Shown here: piece by piece, positions 18,532-27,820 of the stretch
Layout of the letters: every line of letters begins with the position of its first letter
Numbering within the stretch: position 1 is the stretch's first letter
Source: a virus
Taxonomy: Duplodnaviria; Caudoviricetes
Virus record (IMG/VR): IMGVR_UViG_3300030380_000249
Location: 1 to 58,094 of that record
Reading direction: 5' to 3' (one strand)
DNA length: 58,094 nt
Made by a program: the position numbers and the translations under genes
The notes under the pieces: generated by a model
Database searches by the model: none
Seen by the model: only the letters and a program-made list of their open reading frames with translations
What the model was told of the DNA's origin: nothing

Positions 18532-21126
18532 TCACGCTGCTATGTCTTCCCAGTTGTCGCTAACCCCTGTGGTGATAGTGCTCCAAGATGGTGACTGACT
18601 TGGCGACACAGCACTCCAAGATGGTGACTGACTCGGAACAATCTGACTCCATACCAAGACAGACCCAACTTGGCCTGTTCCGACTATACCAGTAGCTGGC
18701 ACATTTGCCAATCCCGTGACAGTTACCGAACCTAATCCACTTTGGATGGCGTCTGAAGTAACCTGAACGTTTGCTGATGCAAGTGCAACAGCGGTTCCCT
18801 GCGATGCCGTCAGGCCAATGCCTGTAACGTCTATATTGTTGTTGGTAACTAGAGAAACTTCTCCAACAGATCCAGTGGCCTCTATTCCTGTGGCAGGGAT
18901 GTTGGCCTCGCCAACAACGGTAACTGAGTCAATCTCGCCAGTGGCCTCTGATCCCGTAACAACCACAGTTACGCCAATAACAGCTTCAGCGGTTCCTACC
19001 TGACCTGTAGCCTCTTCCCCTGTAACAGAAACGATAGCTTGAGCATCTACCGTCACAGAATCAATTTCGCCGGTTGCCTCTAGACCGGTAACATCTATGT
19101 TGTTGTTGGTTACGGGGGTAACCGAACCGACCTCAGAGGTAGCCTCCAAACCAGTCTGAGGGACATTAGCATCCGCTGTAACAGTTTCATCACCAACTTC
19201 GCCTGTGGCTTCAGAACCAGTGACCGCTACATTCGCCGCCGCCACAACAGTTTCATCACCAACGGCAGAAGTAGCTTCTAGGCCGGTAACAGCAATATTG
19301 TTATTGCTTACAGGGACAACCGAACCAACCCCGCCGGTTGCCTCCTCGCCGGTCTGTACTAGGATCTGTTGAGTGGTAACGGTTTCGTTACCAACTTCGC
19401 CTGTAGCCTCTGATCCACTGACAGCGATCACAGCGGCAGCGTCTACGGTGACAGAGCCGACGCCAGAGCTGGCCTCTAGTCCGGTCTCAGGAACAACCGC
19501 ACCAGCGTCTACGGTGACAGAGCCGACTCCACCCGTTCCTTCCACACCGGTGACGGCGACATTGAAGATTACTCTTACAGTAACCGAGCCAACTTCACCG
19601 GTGCCTTCGGATCCGGTAACAGACAAGTTCTGTGCGGTGCTTAGAGTAACAGTGCCTACAGCGGAGGTAGCTTCGGATCCAGTAACGGAAACAACCGCAG
19701 CGGCAGAAGTCTGACCGCCAAAGTTACGAACACCAAAAAGATTGGATTCTCTGTCACTACTGTCGTCTTCTACTACAGCGCCGACAGGCACCTCTGAAAC
19801 AAAGCGCATACCAGCGGTGAGCGCGTAACTCTTTTTGTTTGGAGTAAGATTGCTATCCGTAGTCGTGCTTGAGATAAGCTGGAACTTGGTCGGAAAGTCT
19901 GATCCAGTGTTGCTTGTCGCAAGCTGTATGGTGTCTACGAGTGTGCCGCTACTGTTGTAGACCTCAATGTTGCGGTCATTTGTACCCGGCGCACCGATGA
20001 AGTTAACAAATTCAGCCGCCTCTATCAGCCTAAACTCGTGAGCAAAACAGCCCTCCGGTATAAAGCTGGTTTTTTCACCGCCGTCACTGTCCGCAATGCT
20101 AAATGCCGCAGAGGCTTTAGCCGTTTGATACCTATTACTTGGCCCAGTAAAGTCTGTGCCCCCTGCAAAATTAGTGTTGGTTGTGCTTATCGTGGAACTG
20201 TTACTGGTCCCATCACTAGCAAATCTTGTGAAGGTTTGTGCCGTCCCGCCGTATCCATCCACCAAAATCGCTGCTGCACTGCCAGATGCAAAGCCATAAA
20301 GGAAGTCGGTGCTTGCAGGGAACGCTGATCTGCTATCGCCAGACAAGCTAGTAGAGCGTGTCTTAAAGACAATAATCGGCAAGTCTGAAAATACGGTGTA
20401 TTCAGGGTCAGAAGTATCGTCAGCGTAGGATTGCGTTGTGGTCGCGGTGCTACCGACACTCAAGGTTGTGGTTGATACACCGTCCTTGAATATCTCTACC
20501 GATGCCGTGCCATACAGGGCGCGCATCTGTAATACAAAACCCGTCCTTGTATTGCGGAAGCCAAACGAAGTGCCTGCCCAAGAGGTCGGCACACCAACAG
20601 TTTGGTTGTCCCCACTTTGAAGCGTAATCGGCTTGTTGGCCGATATGATCTTGTTTTCATAATCTGACGCGGAGACTGTAAGTGTGCCACCTGCCGAACT
20701 TATTGTGCCAAGAGATGACCCGTCAGCCGAGACTGTGGTGCTAGCCTCAAAGGCCATAACAGTTATGTTGGGATCATCGGTGTCTGTAGGTACGAAGTAT
20801 TCGGCGTTGAGGGCGCCGCCTAGCTCTGGGTTGCCTTGAGCCGCAAATCCAACAACGGAAACTCCTGCATTCGCAACAACCGTTACGCTACCAACCGAAC
20901 CAGTAGCTTCTAGACCGGTCTCAGAAACATTGGCAACGCCGGTTACGGTTACAGAACCTACGCCTGATGTGGCCTCTAAGCCAGTTTCTGGGACGTTAGC
21001 TTCTGCATCAACCGTTACGCTACCATTACTTGCGGTAGCCGAAACTCCAGACGCAACAACAGGTAAGGGGGAGTTCCACGCCCCTTCGGACCATGAACCC
21101 CGACCCCAACCTGTTATGTTAGCCAT
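18532..21126 (-). CDS. Long VTG-repeat virion fibre protein with inserted globular domain
   Basis: N-terminal GWGRGSW, many ~21-aa VTGxEATGxVGxV repeats, non-repetitive insert at about 19715-20815. Confidence 0.7.
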   Translation of the reverse strand: MANITGWGRGSWSEGAWNSPLPVVASGVSATASNGSVTVDAEANVPETGLEATSGVGSVTVTGVANVSETGLEATGSVGSVTVVANAGVSVVGFAAQGNPELGGALNAEYFVPTDTDDPNITVMAFEASTTVSADGSSLGTISSAGGTLTVSASDYENKIISANKPITLQSGDNQTVGVPTSWAGTSFGFRNTRTGFVLQMRALYGTASVEIFKDGVSTTTLSVGSTATTTQSYADDTSDPEYTVFSDLPIIVFKTRSTSLSGDSRSAFPASTDFLYGFASGSAAAILVDGYGGTAQTFTRFASDGTSNSSTISTTNTNFAGGTDFTGPSNRYQTAKASAAFSIADSDGGEKTSFIPEGCFAHEFRLIEAAEFVNFIGAPGTNDRNIEVYNSSGTLVDTIQLATSNTGSDFPTKFQLISSTTTDSNLTPNKKSYALTAGMRFVSEVPVGAVVEDDSSDRESNLFGVRNFGGQTSAAAVVSVTGSEATSAVGTVTLSTAQNLSVTGSEGTGEVGSVTVRVIFNVAVTGVEGTGGVGSVTVDAGAVVPETGLEASSGVGSVTVDAAAVIAVSGSEATGEVGNETVTTQQILVQTGEEATGGVGSVVPVSNNNIAVTGLEATSAVGDETVVAAANVAVTGSEATGEVGDETVTADANVPQTGLEATSEVGSVTPVTNNNIDVTGLEATGEIDSVTVDAQAIVSVTGEEATGQVGTAEAVIGVTVVVTGSEATGEIDSVTVVGEANIPATGIEATGSVGEVSLVTNNNIDVTGIGLTASQGTAVALASANVQVTSDAIQSGLGSVTVTGLANVPATGIVGTGQVGSVLVWSQIVPSQSPSWSAVSPSQSPSWSTITTGVSDNWEDIAA

Positions 21127-21142
21127 AGGAGACTCCTACAGC

Positions 21143-21592
21143 TTACGCAATACGGATGATTGCGTTACTTGCGTCAGCCGTTGGGAACTGAATCGTAAAA
21201 TCACCTGCCGTGGAGGTCTTGTCTCCACCAAAAGCAAGGATGATTACTGCATCAGATGTGCCCGATCCGCCACCACTGGTGGTGTTGTAGATCATCGCAC
21301 CGTTTGCAGTGACAGTAGCCGTGCTAAATGTCAGGTTTGAAAAAGAGGTAATAGCTGTGGTGCCACCACCTGGGATACTCGGCGTGACGTTAGTCAACGT
21401 ACCGCCACCTGCGCTATAACCAGTGCCAGACGCCTCATTTGAGGTAGAGTAGTCTGTTGTTGCTGCACCAAGAGATGCAGAACTAGTAAACAGAGCAAGT
21501 TTGAACGTATGACCGCTCGAGTTGGTAAAGTCGTGCTTACCTTGAAGCAGTTCCTGCTTGAAGGATGTGCACATCGCTTGTGAAATAGCCAT
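21143..21592 (-). CDS. Virion structural protein
   Basis: MAISQAMCTSFKQELL...FGGDKTST.GDFTIQFP..DASNAIIRIA conserved phage protein. GGAG-type spacer to the next gene. Confidence 0.7.
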   Translation of the reverse strand: MAISQAMCTSFKQELLQGKHDFTNSSGHTFKLALFTSSASLGAATTDYSTSNEASGTGYSAGGGTLTNVTPSIPGGGTTAITSFSNLTFSTATVTANGAMIYNTTSGGGSGTSDAVIILAFGGDKTSTAGDFTIQFPTADASNAIIRIA

Positions 21593-21886
21593 TTAAAGCC
21601 TCCTTATTGCTTCAGCTAACTGCGGATGACCTGCATCCCTCAACGCATTATACACGGTTGTTCTATCACTACGAATAGCCTCCCGCATATAAAAAGCCAC
21701 AACGGTTTCCATGTGCTTTTGAAACGCTCTGGCTTGATCTCGGATACCTGGATGAGCGGCATCCGAAACTGAAATTAATTGTTTTACACACCGTTCAGCA
21801 ACTTCTTCAGGGGTCCAACCACGGTATTCCGTAGTATGAACCGATACGACTGGAGTTTCTGGAACGTCTACATCTAGTTTAAACAT
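21593..21886 (-). CDS. Hypothetical protein
   Basis: Packed in the late operon. RG.TPEE.AE...AIRSDRTT motif. Confidence 0.6.
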   Translation of the reverse strand: MFKLDVDVPETPVVSVHTTEYRGWTPEEVAERCVKQLISVSDAAHPGIRDQARAFQKHMETVVAFYMREAIRSDRTTVYNALRDAGHPQLAEAIRRL

Positions 21887-22530
21887 CAGGTTTTCTCTCT
21901 AATTATCAGACCTTCTCGGTAGGCATCCGTTGTTTCTAGAGCCTCACCGAAGTTTTTCAAACGAATTAACGCCTGTTGAAACTGCTGGTTGTAGTTTTGA
22001 AGAACATCAGCTTCCCCCTTCATAAAGGTATAAGCCTCTATCAGGGAGCCATACAACAGTGTCATAGGGGCGTTTGTACTTAACCAAGTGCTTCCGCTAC
22101 CTGATTGAGCAGTCAAGCTGGCAGGACGATAGGTATAATGCAGCTCCGCTGTGAACGCCGCATTGGGAGTAGGCGACAGCATGAAATTGTTGATGTCAAA
22201 GAAAGCGTAATACTTCGGAACACCTGTAGCACCAGTGGGGTTGTACTCCTGCAAATAGTTCACGTCCTTGTACAGCAGGAACTCTTTGCTACCACCGTTT
22301 GTAATAGACAACGAATACGGCGCTAAAAAATCACTCGGACAAGTAAGAAACTGATTCGAGGATGTAGTCGTGCCCGTCTGATTCTTGCGGAAGAAAGTCA
22401 ACGCCACACTCTTCAAGATGCGCTCTTCCGCCTCAACAATGAAAGTGTCTAGGTTGTTTACAAACGTAGTCTCTTGATTCTCACTATAATCTTGAATCGT
22501 TTGTTTTAACTCGTTGAATGTAAATGCCAT
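21886..22530 (-). CDS. Head-tail adaptor/tail tubular protein A-like
   Basis: FI..AEERI, G.PKYYA, PTP..., LLYGSL.EAY.FMKGE motifs. Confidence 0.7.
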   Translation of the reverse strand: MAFTFNELKQTIQDYSENQETTFVNNLDTFIVEAEERILKSVALTFFRKNQTGTTTSSNQFLTCPSDFLAPYSLSITNGGSKEFLLYKDVNYLQEYNPTGATGVPKYYAFFDINNFMLSPTPNAAFTAELHYTYRPASLTAQSGSGSTWLSTNAPMTLLYGSLIEAYTFMKGEADVLQNYNQQFQQALIRLKNFGEALETTDAYREGLIIREKT

Positions 22531-22830
22531 TTAAACCACCACCGTGACGAATCCTACGCCGCCAATCATTTGCGCCTTATCCACTGGTGGAAAGACGTTA
22601 TTGCCAACCGGAACGAATACATGGCCCTTTCCTGTATCAGGTCTAGGGTCGCGGAGAGCTTGTGGATCAACGACTCTACGTCTCGGATCAAGCTGCGGAT
22701 GTTTCTCCTCAAATTCATCAGAACCTACCTTCAAGCCATTCCATTCTACCCGCATGTCACGAAGACGGTACCGAAACCCAGATCGATCTGAGATTCCGTA
22801 TGCATCTTTGCCTGAAGCATAATTACCCAT
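22531..22830 (-). CDS. Conserved head-completion-region protein
   Basis: YASGK.A.GISDRSGFRY...EEKHPQL...DPQALRDPRPD. Confidence 0.65.
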   Translation of the reverse strand: MGNYASGKDAYGISDRSGFRYRLRDMRVEWNGLKVGSDEFEEKHPQLDPRRRVVDPQALRDPRPDTGKGHVFVPVGNNVFPPVDKAQMIGGVGFVTVVV

Positions 22831-23495
22831 TATACCCTCAAATACTGGATATCAGGCTGTAGCTTCAAGGATACTCGATCTTCGTCTTCATCAGCGGCTC
22901 GTTGAAACTCCTCTTCATAAACATTCTTCAAAAGCTGAACACGCTCTGGCGCCTTCTTCAGGGCGATGTAATACGCCATGCCGGCAGCTGCACAGGGTAA
23001 GAACCGGAAGGGCAACTCAACATTGTTCGTCAGCGCGTCCGCATCTTCTATCCGCCGGAGATAGTAGTATACGATCTGATCCGTGCTATTTTCCGGTGTC
23101 GGCCAAAGTGTGATCTGTGGCGTGATCTGCCGATTAAAGAAGAACTGAGAAGGGCGACCTTGTGTCGTTTTGTTAGGGATCGACAGGTAATCGCCACGAC
23201 TCAGTCGAGTCAAATCAAAGTCTGTATTACTGCGCCGCAGAACAACTTCAAGAAGATCTACAACATCTGCACCTAGAGTTTCAGTCGCTTGATTGTTTGT
23301 AAGCGTTATCGTTGCTTGCCTGACCGTCCAGAGGTTTACCCCTCTGTTCGCCCAATCTGCAAACATCAGATTCATAGAACGTCGCGCTGTTCGCGCATCA
23401 TAACCAGTGCGAACCTCTAGTCCACAACGCTCATACGCCTCTTCTATGATGTCAGAAACATCAAGATCGAAATCTCTAGAGTTAGATGTCGCCAT
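22830..23495 (-). CDS. Head-tail adaptor protein
   Basis: IIEEAYERCG...ARRS.NL..ADWANRG.NLW...GRPSQ...WPTP motifs. Confidence 0.7.
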   Translation of the reverse strand: MATSNSRDFDLDVSDIIEEAYERCGLEVRTGYDARTARRSMNLMFADWANRGVNLWTVRQATITLTNNQATETLGADVVDLLEVVLRRSNTDFDLTRLSRGDYLSIPNKTTQGRPSQFFFNRQITPQITLWPTPENSTDQIVYYYLRRIEDADALTNNVELPFRFLPCAAAGMAYYIALKKAPERVQLLKNVYEEEFQRAADEDEDRVSLKLQPDIQYLRV

Positions 23496-23665
23496 TACCT
23501 AGACCTAACTTTGCCGCCCTTCTTCATCTTACGCATCTTCTTAACGGCACCGCCACCGCGCATCTTACGCATCTTCTTAACAGCGCCACCGCCGCGCATC
23601 TTCTTAACACTGCCGCCGCCCTTCATGCCGCGTCTTTTCTTCATTCTTTTCATTGCACCTGCCAT
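23495..23665 (-). CDS. 56-aa protamine-like Lys/Arg/Met/Gly repeat peptide (absent from ORF track)
   Basis: Hand translation: MAGAMKRMKKRRGMKGGGSVKKMRGGGAVKKMRKMRGGGAVKKMRKMKKGGKVRSR. AGGAG SD upstream and TAATG coupling to the next gene. Confidence 0.75.
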   Translation of the reverse strand: MAGAMKRMKKRRGMKGGGSVKKMRGGGAVKKMRKMRGGGAVKKMRKMKKGGKVRSR

Positions 23666-24201
23666 TTTAGTCTCCTGTAATACTCTTGACGTTGGTGATA
23701 TGAAGAAGCGCCCCCATAATACTCTTCACAAGTATCATAATAACCCTTCTCTCTGAGCTGATCCGAAGCCTCTTGCAATTTACTCAAACGCTGTAAGAAG
23801 ATCATGGCATAAGGCTCCTCATCAGTCATCTCTATCTCGTCATCCAACAAATCATTGTCGTCTGACTCTGGGTGAAAACCCATTAAAAACATGTCTTTCG
23901 TATTGAAAACACCATTTGATAAATCTTCATTCAGGCTGTCTAGTATTTCATAAAACTCTTCTATATCTTCATAACAATTATCAACAAGAATAACTACGTC
24001 TTTAGAATCGTCCCAATCATCTATCGCTAAATACAGAACATCCCAGTCCGCTGTATCCTTGAATACAAAATCTACTTTATTTTCTCTCCAAGCTTTTTTA
24101 GCAAAGGGACAGGCAGGCAAACCGTTATAGTTGTCACTTGTTTTTTCCAAGACGGAAGATGACCAGCGCCGTATCTCCTTAACTATCTCTTCGCGGTTCA
24201 T
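23650..24201 (-). CDS. DUF1415-like acidic protein
   Basis: L..CPFA and GFHP motifs. Confidence 0.55.
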   Translation of the reverse strand: MNREEIVKEIRRWSSSVLEKTSDNYNGLPACPFAKKAWRENKVDFVFKDTADWDVLYLAIDDWDDSKDVVILVDNCYEDIEEFYEILDSLNEDLSNGVFNTKDMFLMGFHPESDDNDLLDDEIEMTDEEPYAMIFLQRLSKLQEASDQLREKGYYDTCEEYYGGASSYHQRQEYYRRLKWQVQ

Positions 24202-24482
24202 TTTTTTGTCTTTCTTCTGCGAACAGATTTTACACGCCTAGGCCTACCAGCAGGCTGGCCCAGCCGCTTCTTTTGCGAAATACGAGACTTCTTCTCTTTG
24301 GCAGATAACTCCTTCGTTGTTTTGGGCGTCTTTGAAGAAACCCGCTTTGATGGGCGACAATAAGGGACACCACGTTTTTCTCCTTTTTGGCGCCCACATT
24401 TTTTCCCCGTGCGGACATCCTTCCAATCTTCTTTGAACCAACGCTTTAACGCGAGTCCAGATTTTGTCTTCCTAACCGCCAT
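24198..24482 (-). CDS. Small basic protein
   Basis: LKRWFKEDW.D...CGR...PYCRP..R motif. Very Lys/Arg-rich. Confidence 0.65.
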   Translation of the reverse strand: MAVRKTKSGLALKRWFKEDWKDVRTGKKCGRQKGEKRGVPYCRPSKRVSSKTPKTTKELSAKEKKSRISQKKRLGQPAGRPRRVKSVRRRKTKK

Positions 24483-24616
24483 CAGGATTGCTCCACAGCA
24501 CCCTTGGTGCGCTTACGTTTTTTTGGCAAAACGACTCCGCAGCCTCTCGCTACTGCGGTTCCTTTGATCTTCTTGCCTCGAAACTTGCGTTTCGGTCTTG
24601 TCTCTGGAACTCTCAT
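24482..24616 (-). CDS. 44-aa basic peptide (absent from ORF track)
   Basis: Hand translation: MRVPETRPKRKFRGKKIKGTAVARGCGVVLPKKRKRTKGAVEQS. TAATG and TGATG overlaps fill the gap exactly. Confidence 0.65.
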   Translation of the reverse strand: MRVPETRPKRKFRGKKIKGTAVARGCGVVLPKKRKRTKGAVEQS

Positions 24617-24849
24617 TAGAAGGTCTTAGCCTTGCGTTTAGAAGAGCCAGTCTTTCTTTTAGACTTCTTACTCTTTCCTCCAGTTCCATAGTTTTTGGCT
24701 CCCACCTTTCGGCATTTAGCAATCGCGCCCGAAGCATACGCCGATGGAAAAACCTTATATCTTGCTTTAACCTTTCGGTAACATGCATCTTTTGGCACTT
24801 TAACCCCCTTAGTCGTTTGCTTGGCGATAGAGCTGCGCGAGATCGTCAT
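24616..24849 (-). CDS. Small basic protein
   Basis: DACY.KVK.RYKVFPSAYASGAIAKCRK motif. Confidence 0.65.
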   Translation of the reverse strand: MTISRSSIAKQTTKGVKVPKDACYRKVKARYKVFPSAYASGAIAKCRKVGAKNYGTGGKSKKSKRKTGSSKRKAKTF

Positions 24850-25045
24850 TGCCCTTCTCCGCTAAAAACGCCTGCCACATGGGTTTGATCATCTCATAAT
24901 TTGAGGCGACCTTCTCTTTCACAACAGCGGTATCCGTCTTGAGTTCAACGATAGAAATACCTATCCAACCCAAGAACGCCAAAGTTGCACCGCTAATGAT
25001 TGTGCTTAGATTCTTCAACACCGCCACCTTTTCCTTGCCTGACAA
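24809..25045 (-). CDS. Small membrane protein
   Basis: One hydrophobic segment followed by a coiled-coil-like stretch. Start uncertain. Confidence 0.45.
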   Translation of the reverse strand: MSGKEKVAVLKNLSTIISGATLAFLGWIGISIVELKTDTAVVKEKVASNYEMIKPMWQAFLAEKGNDDLAQLYRQAND

Positions 25046-25299
25046 ATACGCTTCTTAGGCGTTTTGCGGCAATTGATGTTATGCATTTTCATCTGCCCCT
25101 TTGAACGGGAGCAATAAGAACTGCGGCGTTTCGCACGAGACTTGCTCGGCTTTTTCTCCGTTACAGCCGTTTGGAGCTTGCTGCCTGGATTCTTACGACG
25201 GTACGCCGCGACTCCAGCTTTAGTCATTCCCGCCCCAGACTTGGTGGAGCGGAAATTCTTTTTGTTGCGCTTGGGCATCTTTGTGGCCTTACGAGCCAT
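25015..25299 (-). CDS. Small basic protein
   Basis: Start MARKATK at 25299 (TAATG overlap). GAGMT.AGV.AYRRKNPGSKL.TAVT...RR.SYC.RS...RWRC. Confidence 0.65.
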   Translation of the reverse strand: MARKATKMPKRNKKNFRSTKSGAGMTKAGVAAYRRKNPGSKLQTAVTEKKPSKSRAKRRSSYCSRSKGQMKMHNINCRKTPKKRICQARKRWRC

Positions 25300-25571
25300 T
25301 AGCCAAAGAAACCTGTGATTGAATCTATATTGGTAAGTGTCACATGACACTCATCATTAAAGATCATCCCATGATCAGGTATGGAGATCTGATTGTCATC
25401 CGAGGTGTGAAACACCATAGATAACAAAGTAGCTCCACCACTGCCGTTTTTAAACACCACCGCTGGAGAACCACTAGAAGCTGTCTTTACATAGAAAGCC
25501 TTTAGACGAGTTCTGCCGCCTTGCAATGTTCCAGTCGCCGTGGCCGTTTTAGTAAAAATAGAAGCAGCCAT
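25299..25571 (-). CDS. Small structural protein
   Basis: AGGAG SD. Beta-rich with an IPDHG.IF motif, downstream of the capsid genes. Confidence 0.6.
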   Translation of the reverse strand: MAASIFTKTATATGTLQGGRTRLKAFYVKTASSGSPAVVFKNGSGGATLLSMVFHTSDDNQISIPDHGMIFNDECHVTLTNIDSITGFFG

Positions 25572-25583
25572 TCCGCCCTCCTA

Positions 25584-26045
25584 TTAGCCAAGGTTATTGT
25601 TTTGAGCATACAAAATAGTAACGCGAACTTCACCAGCAGTGGTTGAAGCAGAGGCCGTTACAGTCAAACGAATGTCTGCTGTTCCTGTGTCTTCCCATGC
25701 TAAAGCACCACCAGATTGAGTGGTCGGATACTTGCGGCCTGCGCTTGTTCCAATAGCAAAAGTGTTAACTAAGGTTGCTGCACCGCCAACGGTATCTCCA
25801 ACACTCAGGTTAGTTGCATCACTTGACGCGGTAATAACGTCAATCACGCAGTCAATGATCTGAGAGTTTGCAGGAATAACAACGTCAGTAACAGAAGCAG
25901 TTAAAGCGCCCCCAGAAAGATCTGCTGCAAATGTCTGAGACATAACAACTTGACCGACGTTGGAAATGTTTGAGCCTAGGGTCGTGCCTGTTGTGTTCTT
26001 GATGGTTCCGGCTTTAATAGGACCAGAGAAAGTAGAAGTAGCCAT
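25584..26045 (-). CDS. Putative capsid decoration/cement protein
   Basis: MATSTFSGPIKAG N-terminus, IPANSQI.D motif, AGGAG SD, first gene after the MCP. Confidence 0.6.
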   Translation of the reverse strand: MATSTFSGPIKAGTIKNTTGTTLGSNISNVGQVVMSQTFAADLSGGALTASVTDVVIPANSQIIDCVIDVITASSDATNLSVGDTVGGAATLVNTFAIGTSAGRKYPTTQSGGALAWEDTGTADIRLTVTASASTTAGEVRVTILYAQNNNLG

Positions 26046-26112
26046 TTAAATCTCCTGTCGTGGCTAGAGTCAGATCTATTCTAGATCTGTCAGGGTACGA
26101 ACAGGATACACG

Positions 26113-26144
26113 AAAAAAGACGGAGCCGCAAATTCTACGGCTCC
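26113..26144 (-). terminator. Intrinsic terminator after the major capsid gene
   Basis: On the minus strand, GGAGCCG-loop-CGGCTCC hairpin followed by GTCTTTTTT. Confidence 0.65.
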
Positions 26145-26233
26145 AAGTTTAGGGAGGAAACTACTGTAACAGAAGAAAGGGCGACTTGATTGCCATAAAG
26201 CCGCCCTTTCGCCTAGCTGGAGGACTAGGATTC

Positions 26234-27145
26234 TTAGGCGCCCGGCGAACCGAACACACAACGCGGATCAGAGAAACCGAAGCTGTAACGCTCACGAGCC
26301 TTGAAACGCATGTTGCCGGTGTCGAAGTCTGCTTCCATCTGAGTGGAAAGCGGTAGACGCTCAAAGTGTACAAAGCCACGAGGCGCATCGGTAAGGATGA
26401 AGAACGCATCCGTGTCCGTAAGGAAGTCGTTGACGTGGTAACCGTCAGGCAACATCCCCATGGAACGAAGTGCATTTACATCGTTATCCGCAGTACCCAC
26501 ACGCAGGTTAGAAACCATCAGACGCTCTGCAACGAACTGAAGCTGACGAGGTATGATCAGCTTCATGCCGCGAAGGGCGACTTTCAGGCCACGCTCATCA
26601 ACGAAACCAGCGATGCTGATCAGAGCGTCCTCAAGTGAGGTCTCGTTCAGATCTGCGGCTGTGCCTGGCTCGTTAGCAAACGTGCTACCGTTTGTAAGCG
26701 GGTGTGATGCGTCACAAAGTGCAACACCGTCACCGCCGGCAGACGCACCAGCCGTAAACGCATTATTGAGAATGCTAGCTGCTTTGACCTGCTTCGTGTG
26801 TGCCATTGAACGAGCAAGAGCACGAGTGTAGCGAGAGGAGAGACGATCATAGAGATTGTCTTCCACAGCTTCTTCCGTGATCGAAAATGCCAGTGCAATG
26901 GTTTCGTGGTTGTACCGAGCTGTGAATGCTTCGTTGGCATCATCAAAAGTGATGGCGGAACCTTCCGACTTAGTCGGAGCGGCGCCAAAGCCACTCAACA
27001 TCACTTCCTCCTCAAATGCTCGATCTGAGGACTCGGTAGTGTAGATTTCTGCGTGCTGGTTCTCGTACCTGTCGTACTCCATTCCAAATAGAGCATTGAG
27101 GCCTGGTTCCAGTTCTTTCGCTAGTTGTGCGCGAGAAATAGCCAT
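26234..27145 (-). CDS. Major capsid protein
   Basis: MAISRAQLAKELEPGLNALFG...HETIALAFSITEEA.ED...K.RERYSFG.SDPR. AAGGAGG SD, follows the scaffold, followed by a terminator. Confidence 0.9.
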   Translation of the reverse strand: MAISRAQLAKELEPGLNALFGMEYDRYENQHAEIYTTESSDRAFEEEVMLSGFGAAPTKSEGSAITFDDANEAFTARYNHETIALAFSITEEAVEDNLYDRLSSRYTRALARSMAHTKQVKAASILNNAFTAGASAGGDGVALCDASHPLTNGSTFANEPGTAADLNETSLEDALISIAGFVDERGLKVALRGMKLIIPRQLQFVAERLMVSNLRVGTADNDVNALRSMGMLPDGYHVNDFLTDTDAFFILTDAPRGFVHFERLPLSTQMEADFDTGNMRFKARERYSFGFSDPRCVFGSPGA

Positions 27146-27157
27146 TGATCAGCCTCC

Positions 27158-27802
27158 TTATACGCCCGTCGTAGAAACAGTACCCTGTGCAATGCTACCG
27201 TTAGGAGCATTGAAGTGGTTGTTTATACGAACGATTAATGGGATGCCAGCAGCACTAAAGTCTGAGTTTTCTGGGTCATCAAGAATACCCATAATACGCA
27301 GAGCGTCTGAGGCTGTGACGCCGACAGTATTCAGATCCGCAGTCGCAGAGGAAATACCTGTTGTGGTAGAGCCGCTGTTACCGTTTGCAAGCTGAATGTT
27401 TGAAAACACCTCTGTACGAAGTTCTGCTTCAGTATCGTTAGAACCTTGTACGTTAGACGTTGCAATCGTAAACAGCATTGCTGGATCGTCATACAAAAAG
27501 GCTTTGACGGGGTAATTCGCATCCGCGCCAGAACCAGGCCAGAAGTTAGAGAAAATTGTTTCTCCAGTGGTTGAACTGACATATTCGCATCCGTTGAACA
27601 CACCCACGATTGAAACCGTACCACCAGCGGCGGCTTGCAGGTCATCAATCACTCCAGCGGCAAGCGGTATTACAGGCATGCCTTGGAAGATTGGGTTGGA
27701 GTTGTTAGATGCAATGCGATACTCAGTTGTACCCATGGAGGCTGGGGCGGACCCTAGCATGCCGTATGGTTTTAGACCAAAGGCTCCATTTGCATTTGCC
27801 AT
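27158..27802 (-). CDS. Capsid-associated structural protein
   Basis: MAN..GAFGLKP...GVFNGCEY...DDP motif, immediately upstream of the MCP. Confidence 0.65.
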   Translation of the reverse strand: MANANGAFGLKPYGMLGSAPASMGTTEYRIASNNSNPIFQGMPVIPLAAGVIDDLQAAAGGTVSIVGVFNGCEYVSSTTGETIFSNFWPGSGADANYPVKAFLYDDPAMLFTIATSNVQGSNDTEAELRTEVFSNIQLANGNSGSTTTGISSATADLNTVGVTASDALRIMGILDDPENSDFSAAGIPLIVRINNHFNAPNGSIAQGTVSTTGV

Positions 27803-27820
27803 GAGAATAACTCCTTCTCA

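Noticed and set aside
18581-18633. 20-nt direct repeat CTCCAAGATGGTGACTGACT
   Set aside because: Explained by the coding repeat SQSPSWS at the fibre C-terminus.
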